This document shows positions 24,577-37,759 of a stretch of 64,000 nt of DNA, piece by piece (within the stretch, counting starts at the first letter, position 1; every line of letters begins with the position of its first letter). This DNA comes from Octopus sinensis. Its lineage: Eukaryota. The position numbers and the translations under genes are program-made. The DNA is taken from positions 14,446,001 to 14,510,000 of the forward strand of contig NC_043001.1 of the NCBI RefSeq assembly GCF_006345805.1, read 5' to 3'. Under the pieces are notes generated by a model that was not told where the DNA came from, made no database searches, and saw nothing but the letters and a program-made list of their open reading frames with translations.

Positions 24577-26357
24577 TATAAGCACAAGGCCTGAAAACTT
24601 GTAGGGAGAGGACTAGTCATGTACATCCACCCTAGTATTTCACTGGTACTTCTTTAATCGACCCTGAAGGAAAAAAGGCAAAGTTGACCTTGGTGGAATT
24701 TGAACTCAAATCATAAAAATGGATGCCCTTCCTAACACCAACCATTCTGAGAGTGTAATGGTAGCTTTTACATGTCACTGGCACAGGTACCATTTATGTG
24801 ACACTGGTATCTGCCATGACTGATTTTGCTCGGCTTGATAGATTCTTCTTCTTAAGCATGACATAGTGCCAAAGGTCTTGGTCATTGCTTCCATGAGACC
24901 TTCCTTCATGAGGCCCAACACTCAAAAGGAACTCAGCCACTTTGCCTCCATGAGGCCCAATGCTTGAAAGGAACTCAGCCATCTTGTCTCCGTGAGGCCC
25001 AATGCTTGAAAGGAACTTGGCCACATTACCTCCGTCAGGCCCAACATTCAAAAGATGTTCTTTACATGTCACCAGCATGGGTGCACTCGGTTTGACAGAT
25101 TCTTCTTCTTAAGCATGACATAGTACCAAAGGTCTTGGTCATTGCTTCCATGAGACCTTCCTTCATGAGGCCCAACACTCAAAAGGAACTCAGCCACTTA
25201 CTGTGTGTGTGTGTGTGTTCTATGCACGGCCAAACCGCTGGATCAATCACTCTGAACTAAATTTGGTTGTCTGGAAATTGCATCGGTTTTGTTTTGAAGG
25301 TAAACGATTCTGAAACGTTTTTTAATTGTGATAATGAAACTAGGTTTAAAGAAAAAGAAACAGTAAGGTTTCTAAATAGCGAAAGATCTTCACACGGACA
25401 CACACTTATACATTGTAAGATATCTTTCAGTTTATATGATAAACTTTGTAAATTTTAAAGTTCAATATTTCCATGACATAAGTTAGAGATGTTGACATGA
25501 GTTATTCAAATAATTCTTCATGGAATGGACCTAATAAAATTAGTGAGAGCACACTCGATACTTCATATTTAAATCCAATGTGACTATTTCTACTTAGATA
25601 TTGGTCCTACCTCAGATTCGAAACTGAATCTATAATTTCCCCTTAGCTATACAATCTATTGTTCTGCACAGCCAAACCTCAGGGCCAATCTGTACCAAAT
25701 TTGGCATGAAGGTTTTTCATTACCCAGGGAAGTTTTGGGAACGGGGTGTGTCACTAAATTTTAAGCTTTTTTTTCAAAAACAGAAATATGTTTTACAACC
25801 ATCCGAACGTGGCCGTTGCCAGTGCTGCCCTGACTGGCTTCCGTGCCGGTGGCACGTAAAAAGCACCATCCGATCGTGGCCGTTGCCAGCCTCGCCTGGC
25901 CTCTGTACCAGTGGCACGTAAAAAGCACCATCCGACCATGGCCGTTTGTCAGACTTGTCTGGCACCTGTGCAGGTGGCACGTAAAAAGCATCCACTACAC
26001 TCATGGAGTGGTTGGCATTAGGAAGGGCATCCAGCTGTAGAAACATTGCCAGATCAGACTGGGCCTGGTGCAGCCTTCTGGCTTCCCAGACCCCAGTTGC
26101 ACCGTCCAACCCATGCTAGCATGGAAAGCGGACGCTAAACGATGATGATGATGATGATGATGCCTGTCATCTACATCAGTTCTGTTTTTTCGCTTTAAAG
26201 GCAAACGATTCTGAAGAAACAAACATGATATTGAATAGTTAACCGTCATACATCAACAACCCCTCCACCTCATTTTTTTTAAAGTAAAGATAAACGTTTT
26301 TTAAGTGTGATATTGAAACAAGAGGTTTGGTCCTTATCACCAGAATTCATTTCTCTT

Positions 26358-26788
26358 GGGAAATATAAGGGTGATGGTGTCTTCATTCCACAGATCCCAT
26401 TAATCCCATCTGACCTCCCTTATGAATTTAAACGGCTCCAGTTCCCAGTGAAACTAAATTTTGCTATATCCATAAACTAATCTCAAGCACAATCGCTCAA
26501 TGTTGTTGGATTTAACCTTGCTTCTCTCATTGGCAATTATATGTAGGATGTTCACGAGTTGGAAGACCCCAAACTCTTTTTATTTGTACCCCAATTAAAG
26601 GACACAGTGAAAACATTGTAGATTTAGAAGTTCTACAAAATTAAACTGTGATTGATTACAGTATTTGTTTTAATAACTTTCTTTATACTCACATCATCTA
26701 ATAGAATTTTTCTGAAAATATCTATTTTATCAGAATAAATATATTTATTTCCTTTAATATTCTTTAAACCTCCAGGTACTTTAGCTAG

Positions 26789-26789
<1 letters not shown>
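26358..26789 (+). pseudogene. Helitron PIF1-type helicase C-terminus plus Helitron 3' end
   Basis: Reads GKYKGDGVFIPQIPLIPSDLPYEFKRLQFPVKLNFAISIN*SQAQSL..SHWQLYVGCSRVG..KNIVDLEVL*, followed by GGTACTTTAGCTAGT at 26775-26789. Likely 5' parts lie at 25200-25790, interrupted by a family C copy. Confidence 0.85.
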
Positions 26790-26833
<44 letters not shown>

Positions 26834-26954
26834 CTATATATATATATATGTGTGTATATATATATATGTGTGTATATAATATATAGAAATTCGGGGTGAG
26901 TACTTGATAATTATAAGCACCTGTGTATACCGTTTGGTGGTGTAGGTGGTGGAG

Positions 26955-27383
26955 TAAATTGATCAAAATAAAAACATGATGCGAAGGATTCAGCGGTACA
27001 TATGTTTCGGGCCTTTATTAGACAGATTTATAACAATGCATAATGTATGTCTGTGGCCTTCTTCAGCCGCGCACAACAGCTTCCACAAGGACATGTGTTA
27101 CATCAAAAATTCTTGGTTGGGGATGCAAATCCTCTCATTCGCGTACGACATAATGCGGCAGCAGCATAGAATTGAAGCGTCCATCTCTTTCTTCTCAAGA
27201 AAGAGATGGATGCATCCCCAACCAAGAATTTTTGATGTAACACATGTCCTTGTGGAAGCTGTTGTGCGCGGCTGAAGAAGGCCACAGACATACATTATGC
27301 ATTGTTATAAATCTGTCTAATAAAGGCCCTAAACATATGTACCGCTGAATCCTTCGCATCATGTTTTTATTTTGATCAATTTA
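26955..27383. repeat. Near-perfect long inverted repeat (173-bp arms, 1 mismatch, 83-bp spacer)
   Basis: 26955-27127 versus the reverse complement of 27211-27383. The spacer holds the hairpin TCCATCTCTTTCTT-ctc-AAGAAAGAGATGGA. Confidence 0.95.
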
Positions 27384-28369
27384 TGTATATAATATATATA
27401 TATATATATATATGAATTGTGTGTGTACACATGTATTTGTATGTGTGTATCTATCTATCTTTGACATACACTTAAATTGTGATTTCTGCATTGTGCTACA
27501 TAAATTGTGAAGTAAATGAGAAGCATCTTTGCCTCCACTGACTCAGTTGCAAAGTGTTGAGTAAAGTTATTTGATTGCAGACATCCTTTCAGTTTTTTTA
27601 TTATCACTGGGTCACACATAGTCCCCAGATGGTAACACTGATTTCAAGGCCTTCCCAGATGGGTGACTGGTTATTCAAAGACATTTATAGATTGTAAATT
27701 TATTCTGTCCAGTTACGTATCAGTATAGTGGTCATCTGCAAACTCCAACTTTCACTTTTCCTTAGCCCTCACGTCACACGCTTGTTAATGTTTATTTCAG
27801 TTGGGTCATACCCTTCCAATTACTATAGATTCGTAATGCATCTTACAGCTGTGCCTTTCACCTGGATGGTGAGGAATACTACATTGGGAGTGGTAACGAC
27901 TAGGGTACTGTAGCTGACTGCTTATTGTGATCATTCGTCTTTTGGTTTCCTGTAGCTTTGCTCTCTTTTACAAACCCAGTGAACATATATTTCCTATTTC
28001 AAAGAAATTCAGACAATAGATATAGGACCCAAGTTAAAAAGATTCTCAACAATTCAACTTCTCTGGTTGACATTAAGACGCCCACCCCCAATAGGGACCT
28101 TAACTCTCACATTTTAGAGCTCCATGACCTCCATTTTTCAGGAGCAAAATCCTTTTAACAGGTTCTATAAGACTGGAATTTTGGAATATGCACATAAAAA
28201 TCAGTAGTATGGGATACATGTGGCATGATTACAATTTTTTTAGGGTGTGTAAAGAGGGAAATAACCCTCATCTGCAATTTTGATGAAATTTGAAACAGGT
28301 ATTCCAGTTCATTACAGAAAATATAACAGAAAAGTCTAATTCTTCAATTACATGTAACACGGGCAACAT

Positions 28370-28753
28370 AAGTATATTTTCCACCTAAATGTGGCTAACC
28401 TTTAAGGGTGATGCTACTGTAGCTCGTAGCCCCAGGAAGACATCTCCTCCAGCTGGCTATTGACACACTTTCCGTGCCCTATCAGTATTTGCAAAGGGAA
28501 GTTATCCTTCCCATCTCCAATTTGACATGATACACATGGACCCGGGTTTCTGAGTATTGACCTGTCATCAGCATGTGACAATCACTGATTGGCGATGGGA
28601 AGTGGTTCTCAATGCAAATATATATACTGATATATACTGAAAGAGCACAGATAGTGTGTCAATAGCCAGCTGGAGGTGATGTCTTCCTGGGGCTACAAGC
28701 TACAGTAACATCAACCCTTAAGGGTTAGCCTTATTTAGGTGGCAAATATACTT
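28370..28753. mobile_element. Foldback MITE with ~150-bp imperfect TIRs
   Basis: AAGTATATTTTCCACCTAAAT...CTTCCCATCTCCAAT is mirrored by ATTGGCGATGGGAAG...ATTTAGGTGGCAAATATACTT. Confidence 0.8.
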
Positions 28754-30668
28754 CACGATGTTGTGCAGCTACTGTTTATAACTCGCTCAGAGATTTATAT
28801 ATATACATATATATATATAAAGTAGGGTACTGGAATACTACTTGCTAGAAAGAGGAGTTAACACTCCAAAACCACAAATTTCTCACTATTTCAGTACTCT
28901 ATTTATTTGTATATTTTACCTATATAGGTTAAACTTATTCACCGCTTTATTATTATTATTATTAATAATAATCATGGTAATAATACTTTATTAAATTTCA
29001 CATATATACATACATATATATATATAAACACACATATATATGCTCGCATACATTAAATATACATGCATATGTATGTATGTGTGTAAATATGTGTTTGTGC
29101 TCAATAACACCATAGAATAGTAATCATTGCCATTTAACAAGTCGCAAAAAACGTTCCATTCCCATTCGTTAATTTCTTTTTCCCTCCCTGAGTCCCCCCA
29201 CCCTATCTCCTACCTAATTCCTGACATTACACCATCAAAATATTTGCTATAAGTACCACAAACTGACCTTGTTAATTATCCTATTTTCTTTTACTATTCA
29301 TCACCACCACCACCACCACTGTCATCAACATCATCATCATCATCATCATTTGAACGTCTGCTTTTCCATGCTGGCATGGATCGGATGGGATTTTCCAAGG
29401 CAGATGTTTCTACAGCTGGATGCCCTTCCTGTCACCAACCCTTACCTCTTTCCGACCAAGGTGATTTCTCCCCCCACCCATAGCCAGACATGTTTTCCGT
29501 CCTTTATCTTTTATTTTTTACTTGTTTTGGTAAATTAGACTGTGGCCATCCTGGGGCACCACTTCGAAGAATGTCTTTATTGGATGAATTGACCCCCCCC
29601 CACCTCACCCCAGTACATTTTTTCCTTCATTTCTATTGTTTAAGCAGGGTATGTATTCTGTTGTTCTCTTTGCTGAACCACTAAGTTATGAGGATGCAAA
29701 CAAACCAACACCAATTACCAAACAGTGGTGGAGGACAAACACAGACACAGACACACTCGCACACATATATATGACAGGCTTCTTTCAGTTTCCATCTACT
29801 GAATCCACTCTGAAGGCTTCAGTTGGCCCAAGGTTATAGTAGAAGACACTTGCCCAAGGTGCCATGCAGTGGGACTAAACCCAGAACCATGTGGTTGGTA
29901 AGCAAGCTACTTACCACACAGCCACTCCTGCTTTGGTCAACCCAGAGTTTTAGTAGAAGACACTTGCCCAAACCTAGGTGCCACGCAGTGGAACTGAACC
30001 CAGAGCCATGTGGTTGAGAAGCAGAAGTCTTACCACACAGCTACACCTGCATCGTGGAAACAAATGACATTGCTTGTATGATGTTGATCCCTGTTCACAG
30101 TCATAACATAATGTCAAGACAAAGAGAGTCGCATACACAAACACACACACATGAATGTATGCACACGCACATACAAACTCACACATACACATGTGCACAC
30201 ACATACACATACGCATTCACATACATACACACTATAGGCTTCTCTCAGTTTCCATCAACCAAAGGCATTCACAGGGCTTTGCTTGACTTGCGACTATTGC
30301 AGAAGACATTCACCTGAGGTGCCGTGTGGTGAGATTGAACCTGAGACTGCAAGCAGTAAGCTTCTTAACCACACAGCCATGCCTCCTCCCTTGTACTTCC
30401 TCTACACTAAGACACTTCTTTCCATCTCACTATAATCTTCATCATCCGACACAAGATCACCTCCTCCAATGCCCTCTTTTGGGTTTTTTTTTTGTAAGTA
30501 CTTGGTGACCCTATTAGTGCAGGTGCCACTTAAAAGCACGCAGTCCACACTGGATGTCCTTCCTAGCACCAATGCTAGGAAGGGCATCCAGCTGTAAAAA
30601 TCCTGCCCAAACAGTTACAGCAGTCTGGTGAATGCTTCTGCCTGGTCGGCTCTTGTGAAACCGTCCCA

Positions 30669-30776
30669 CCCATGCTAGCATAGAAAGTGGACGTTAAACG
30701 ATGATGATGATGGGGATGCATAAATACATCATCATCATCATCATCGTTTAACGTCCACTTTCTATGCTAGCATGGG
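30669..30776. repeat. Tail-to-tail family C 3' ends forming a perfect 44-bp inverted repeat
   Basis: CCCATGCTAGCATAGAAAGTGGACGTTAAACGATGATGATGATG and its reverse complement, with a short spacer. Confidence 0.9.
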
Positions 30777-30890
30777 TTGGACGATTTGACTGAGGACTGG
30801 CAAACCAGATGGCTGCACCAGGCTCCAATCTTGATTTGGCAGAGTTATATAGAAATATATACACACATACACACACACACACACATACAT

Positions 30891-30933
<43 letters not shown>

Positions 30934-30934
<1 letters not shown>

Positions 30935-31480
30935 GTGGGTGAGTCAAAAAGTAATGCCATTTTGTTTAGGACAAGTATAATTACCAACACAGGAACACAT
31001 ATCATACATCAAAATGAAGTTGGTCTTCTGTGGATCACAACATCCCTACTTCTCAATATAGTCACCATTTCTCTCAATAGCAATGTTCCACCTTCGAATG
31101 AGAGCATGTATCCCTGCCCCGTAAAATTCTGTTGACTGTTCTTTGAGCCACTTCTTCACTACAGTTTTCACTTCCTTGTCACTGGAATAATCTTTGGCCC
31201 TGTAAAAGAGGGTTTGAGAGGCAAACATTATTCCAGTGACGAGGAAGTAAAAACTGTAGTGAAGAAGTGGCTCAAAGAACAGTCAACAGAATTTTACGGG
31301 GCAGGATACATGCTCTCATTCAAAGGTGGAACATTGCTATTGAGAGAGATGGTGACTATGTTGAGAAGTAGAGATGTGATCCACAGAAGACCAGCTTCAT
31401 TTTGATGGATGTTACATGTTCCTGTATGGGTAATTATACCTGTCCTAAATAAAATGGCATTACTTTTTGACTCACCCTTG
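30934..31480. mobile_element. Palindromic mariner-derived MITE made of two transposase 3' ends
   Basis: TA flanks. Ends CG(T/A)GGGTGAGTCAAAAAGT-like. Both arms encode the mariner C-terminus (YSSDEEVKTVVKKWLKEQSTEFYGAGIHALIRRWNIAIERNGDYIEK*) on opposite strands. Confidence 0.9.
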
Positions 31481-32274
31481 TACATATACCATCATCATCA
31501 TTTAGGTTTTAAATCTGGGTTTTGTCCCTGTTAATGGGGTGCCCGAATTTACCTCAATGTCATAGCAACCGAGGTAGGTAGGTGCTGCCCACCTCAACCT
31601 TGGGGCTGGCTGGTACCCATTCTCCTTTGCTATCATGAGGCTTTTTTGGAGCTGGATTTTCTATAGGGATCATGCCCTTGCTTACTCCCAACCTCAGTTT
31701 CTAGACATGAGTGGTCCTGAGACCAAGGCCTCTACCATGATTTTTTAAGAAATGTGGTGGAAAACTATCTCAGGAAGGCAGGGATGCTACTCCCTGAGAC
31801 ACCTTTTGGAGCCCCCATGCCTAATATATATATCAGAGACATGCTACCTAGGTAAACAAGGTAGGCAGTGCCTACCCTGAATAAAATAGATCGATGGCAA
31901 CATTTTCCTCTCATGAAAAAAATATGCACCTAATTCAGTAAAATTATGAAGGTTAGTCTGATTACTATGCATAAAATATGAAATATTTTATTTTTTGTAG
32001 ATTGGGTAAGCATAATTCGCCCCTGCCTTTCAATCTCAAAATTAAGGCTATGCATAGTACTGCTGTAGTACACATGCTGCGTGCATTCCTACAACAACAT
32101 TTTCTTTATGTGCTATAAAGGCAGAAGTAAATCTGCCTTCAACTCAGTTGCACGCCTGTGTTTCACTTATTTTTCTCTGTGTGTTTTACTACATAAAAGT
32201 CACCTACTGCCTACCCTGAGTAATTACTTTCAGAACATGCCTGATATATATGTATGTATGTGTGTGTGTGTGTG

Positions 32275-32560
32275 AAGGCACATGGCTCAGTGGTTAGAGT
32301 GTCGAGCTTACGGTTGTGAGGTCGTGAGTTCGAATCCCAGGCTGAGTCTTTCACATTGCTCCAGTTCACTCAGCTGTAGAAATGAGTTGTGACGTCACTG
32401 GTGCCAAACTGTATCGGTCCCCTTTGCCTTTCTCTTGGATAACACTGGTGGCGTGGAAAGGGGAGACCGGTATGCATGGCTGACTGCTGATCTTCCATAA
32501 ATAACCTTGCTCGGACTTGTGCTTAGGAGGGTAACTTTCTAGGTGCAATCCCATGGTCTC
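32275..32560 (+). mobile_element. tRNA-derived SINE (family E), internally deleted
   Basis: TGGCTCAGTGGTTAGAG A-box, GAGTTCGAATCCC B-box and CTCCAGTTCACTCAGCTGTAGAAATGAG segment. A longer minus-strand relative lies at 41160-41510. Confidence 0.7.
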
Positions 32561-32570
32561 AGCATATACA

Positions 32571-32799
32571 CTTTTACTTGCTTCGGTCATTTGACTGTGG
32601 CCATGCTGGAGCACTGCCTTTAGTCGAGCAAATTGACCCCAGGACTTATTCTTTGGAAGCCTAGTACTTATTCTATTAGTCTCTTTTGCCGAACTGCTAA
32701 GTTACAGGGACGTAAACACTTCAACATCGGTTGTCAAGTGATGTTGGGGGGACAAACACAGACACACAAACATATACACACACACAAACAGACATACAT

Positions 32800-32843
<44 letters not shown>

Positions 32844-33000
32844 GACAGGCTTCTTTCAGTTTCCGTCTACCAAATCCACTCACAAGGCTTTGGTCTGCCC
32901 GAGGCTATAATAGGAGACACTTGACCAAGGTGTCACGCAGTGGGATTGAACCCGAAACCATGTGGTTCGTAAGCAAGCTACTTACCACACAGCCATTCCT
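32571..33000 (-). mobile_element. SINE family A, full length
   Basis: Family sequence match. Confidence 0.85.
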
Positions 33001-33467
33001 ACACCTATTGTATGTATTCATACACATACATTCCATTTTGTGGAGCTGCTGCTATTAACCCAAGTGCTAAACTATCTAAGGTGCTATGATCTATGTAAAT
33101 ACACTGTATTCTTCTGGCAATAAACCTTCAGGCCCCGAAATGTGAAGGCTTCTGCATTGTTAGAAACTTTCCTTCTTTCTCATTTCATTCCTTACTCTAC
33201 TTTCTCCTTTGACTATGGACTGGGGTAATATTTATTGTTCCTGGGACGCTTGAATACATGGCTGAGTACAATAACACCAATCGTGAGAATCAATGTTCAC
33301 AAAATCAGAAAGGTCTCTGATAATTAGAAAATTACAGTTACAAGCTATTAACGGCATTATGGAAATATGTAAAATATTCTTGAAGCTTAGCATGGATAAC
33401 TTGCTTGAAACAACATCAACAGGCATGCAATATATGTGTATGTGTGTGTGTGTATGTATATGTATAT

Positions 33468-34240
33468 GGCAGTGAGCTGGCAGAACCGTTAGCACACCGG
33501 GCGAAATGCTTAGCAGTATTTCGTCTGCCACTACGTTCTGAGTTCAAATTCTGCGGAGGTCAACTTTGCCTTTCATCTTTTCAGAGTCGATAAATTATGT
33601 ACCAGTTATGCACTGGGACCGATGTAATCGACTTAATCCCTTTGTCTGTCCTTGTTTGTCTCCTCTGTGTTTAGCCCCTTGTGGGTAGTAAAGAAATAGG
33701 TATTTCGTCTGCCGTTATGTTACGCACTAGGACCAATGTAATCGACTTAATCCCTTTGTCTGTCCTTGTTATTCTCTTCTATGTTTAGCCCCTTGTGGGT
33801 AGTAAAGAAATAGGTATTTCGTCTGCCGTTATGTTACGCACTAGGACCAATGTAATCGACTTAATCCCTTTGTCTGTCCTTGTTTGTCTCCTCTGTGTTT
33901 AGCCCCTTGTGGGTAGTAAAGAAATAGGTATTTCGTCTGCCGTTATGTTACGCACTAGGACCAATGTAATCGACTTAATCCCTTTGTCTGTCCTTGTTAT
34001 TCTCTTCTATGTTTAGCCCCTTGTGGGTAGTAAAGAAATAAGAAATTTAGCACGCTGGGTGAAATGCTTAGCAGTATTTCGTCTGCCTCTACATTTTGAG
34101 TTCAAATTCCACTGAGGTTGATTTTGCCTTTCATCCTTTTAGAGAGGATAAATTAAGTACCAGTTGTGTGCTGGGGTCGATCTAATCAACTGGCCACCTG
34201 TCCAAAAAATTTTGGGCCTTGTGCTTAGAGTAGAAAAGAC
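33468..34240 (+). mobile_element. SINE family B followed by 114-bp tandem units (ABAB variants) and a further truncated copy
   Basis: TATTTCGTCT unit starts at 33701, 33815 and 33929. Variants TGTTTGTCTCCTCTGTG and TGTTATTCTCTTCTATG alternate. Confidence 0.9.
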
Positions 34241-34965
34241 ACAATATATTGGCTTAATATGTTGTAACACAGATACTGGCATACATGCATAAATAGCAAA
34301 GCTACCAACCAACCAACCTATCTACATACATACACATACATACAACACATATACATACATACACAGACAAACGTAGATACATACATACATATATTTATAC
34401 ACATACATACATATGCACATATACATACATACGCACATATGCATATACATACATATATCTACACATACACACACACGTACATAAACACACATACACATAC
34501 AAACACATACATACATACACGCATACTTACATATACACAGACATACATACACACATACATACATACATAGATGCTTTTTTTTTATCATTTAATTGTTCCA
34601 GTTTTAGGACAGTGGCCATGCTGGGGCACCACCTCGAATAATTTTAGGCTTGGCAGTTATTTTTCCGACTTCTTTTTTGCAGATAGTTACAGGGACGGAA
34701 ACACACCAACACTGGTTGTCCAGTGTTGGTGGGGAACAAACATAAACACAGTGACATACACACACACACTTGTAAATACATACACACACACACACAATAA
34801 TGCATGCACATGCAAACACAAACACACGTACACATACACACACACAAGTGTGGTAAACTTGTCCAGCTCAAGCAGTTGCTGTTTAACCCTAGGTCAAGCT
34901 GATCCATGAAGAAAAATTTCTCGCTGTGCCCAATACCTTTGTTTATTGTTTAAATCTGATATAAT

Positions 34966-35338
34966 AGGAGTGGCTGTGTGGTAAGTAGCTTGCTTACGAA
35001 CCACATGGTTCTTGGTTCAGTCCCACTGCGTGGCACCTTGGGCAAGTGTCTTCTACTATAGCCTTGGGCAGACCAAAGTCTTGTGAGTGGATTTGGTAGA
35101 CGGAAACTGAAAGAAGCCCGTCGAATATATGTATATATGTGTGTATGTATATGTTTGTACCCCTAACATTGCTTGATAACTGATGCTGTCTCCATATCTT
35201 AGCGGTTCAGCAAAAGAGACCGATAGAATAAGTACTAGGTTTACAAAAAATAAGTCCTGGGGTCGATTTGCTCAACTAAAGGCGGTACTCCAGCATGGCC
35301 GCAGTCAAATGACTGAAACGAATAAAAGAATAAAGAAT
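34966..35338 (+). mobile_element. SINE family A, full length
   Basis: Family sequence match. Confidence 0.85.
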
Positions 35339-36609
35339 AGTATGTCCAGCTATAAGCACAGTATGACCGAATAATTAAAACATTTGCTTCACAACCAACA
35401 GGACCAGGGTTCAATCCTACAGTGACTCCCAAACTTTTTCATGCTGCCTTGGCACCCAGGCCACTTTCCTAACGCCCCCTCACCCTCCCCACTACAAATT
35501 TAGGCCACTTTCTGCAGCAAATTCAAAAAAATTGTTTTTCACAAAATTTAGACCTAATTAAACTTTTTTTTTTACATCCATCACCCATTTTGGCCACCCC
35601 ATTATCATCCTACTTTTCATCAACCCCCACTCCTGGATCTTTCCACCACCCTCAAGGGGGCAGTACTGCCTGCTTTGGGAACCACTAGCAGCTTGGGTGA
35701 AAAAATGTCCTTTTTGCATGACCTCAGGTTGACTTATCAGACCCAGGCTACATCTGCTCTGATAACTGGCAATGACTTGGTCAGCGAATCCTCTGCAGTG
35801 GTCAGCAGTCAGCTGCCATGGATCACACTATCCCAAAATGTGTATATGCATGTGAGCAGGGGACTACATGTGAATTTGTATTCCTGCTGAAACTCCAAAC
35901 GTGAACTCTACCCAAAAATGAATGATGACCACTGCTATGGTGTCTTTGCTTTCTAATGCGTTTGTTCTCTCTGTGGGGCGTTTGATAGATTTACAAGCTG
36001 GACTTTGGGCCACTGGCAGAAGCAGAATTTTGCCTACCAGAACATTAAGTTCAACCATTGGATGTGGTCAATATTCATGAGGGATGCGGTGAAGGCAAAC
36101 TTATTGATCAGAGCTGGATCAACCCATCCAGGCTGAATGCTGCTGCGAGTACAAATATATATTTTTGTTCCTTCTCGAGCCATGCCTGGCTCATAAGGGC
36201 CGGTTTCCCAGTTTCCTTGGCGTATAGGTTCCCAACTTGGAAGGGATGCCGGTCTGTCGCAAGTGAGCTGCAAGATGCAGGAGGAAAGAGTGAGAGAAAG
36301 TTATGGCTAAAGAGTCAGCAGAAGTTCGCCATTACCTTCACTGGTAATCTCTCAAAATCTCTCTTGGAAGCGTCATCAGCCAAAATGCTATGATGGACCG
36401 AGAAGTCTGGCGTAACATGGTAAATTCCATGGTCTTGACCACGGTCGAACAATAATGATGATGATGATCACTGGAGCCACGTGGAGCTTAGGTGTTTCAC
36501 TCATAAACACACACATCGCCCGGTCTGAGATTCGAACCCGCGAACCCTCGGCCACGAGTCCGCTGCTCTAACCACTAGGCCCTGTGCCTCCACTAATAAA
36601 TAAATGCAC

Positions 36610-36852
36610 CCTTTTAAAGCCTAGCCAAGCTCATGGGCCCAGTTTCCTGGTTTCTATGGCGTATGTGTTCCCCAGCTGGACGGGACGCCAGTCCATCACA
36701 GCGTTGCTCATTTTTGCCAGCTGAGTGGACTGGAGCAACGTGAAATGAAGTGTTTTGCTCAAGAACACAATGCGTCGCCCGGTCCCGGAATCGAAACCAC
36801 AATCTTACAATCATGATGCTGACACCCTAACCACTAAACCACGTGCTTCCAC
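36610..36852 (-). mobile_element. tRNA-derived SINE
   Basis: Minus-strand head GTGGAAGCACGTGGTTTAGTGGTTAGGG..GTGGTTTCGATTCCGGG. Confidence 0.7.
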
Positions 36853-37284
36853 GCAAGTACAAATACAAGTAGCTAACCCATCTCTTGTGAATGAAACTGG
36901 GCAGATGGAAACTGTACTGAAGCTCATTGCACGGATTACATCTGCAATTCAAAATATAGTCTTGTCACATATACTCTGTTACGTTTATCCTGTCTAAGTA
37001 GTATGTTAAGAGTACATATGTCTATGGAATACTCAACCAGTAATATCAATTCAGGATTTCGAGTCCCAGCATTTGTAATGCCTAATGTATGTGAGGATTA
37101 TGTATGTGTGGGTGTCTGTGTGCATGCGTATGTGTGTGTGTGAAAGCATCTGCTTGTTTGGATATGCGTTTTGGTTCTGAGTCAGAAACTAAGCGTTTGA
37201 AGCACCAACGTTCTGTTTTTTTTTCTTCTGCATCTTATAAAATTGAAGCAACACAATTTTCAGTTAGGCTCTTATAACAAGAGT

Positions 37285-37345
37285 ATATGTGTGTGTGTAT
37301 GTGTGTGTGTGTGAGTGTGTATATGTATGTATAGATATGTATGTA

Positions 37346-37384
<39 letters not shown>

Positions 37385-37464
37385 ATATATATATATGTGT
37401 GTGTGTATATATATATATATTATATATATGTGTGTGTGTGTATATATATATATGTGTGTGTGTG

Positions 37465-37529
<65 letters not shown>

Positions 37530-37610
37530 ATATATATATGTGTGTGTGTGTGTGTATATATATGTGTATATATATATGTGTGTGTATATATGTATATGTG
37601 TGTGTATATA

Positions 37611-37643
<33 letters not shown>

Positions 37644-37647
37644 GTAT

Positions 37648-37678
<31 letters not shown>

Positions 37679-37679
37679 G

Positions 37680-37759
<80 letters not shown>

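Noticed and set aside
35660-36130. Complex, non-repetitive-looking stretch as a possible host exon (also 10560-10760, 19310-19490, 47460-47800)
   Set aside because: No sustained ORF with recognisable motifs or a convincing splice-site pair. Left unannotated, and it needs BLASTX or RNA-seq.
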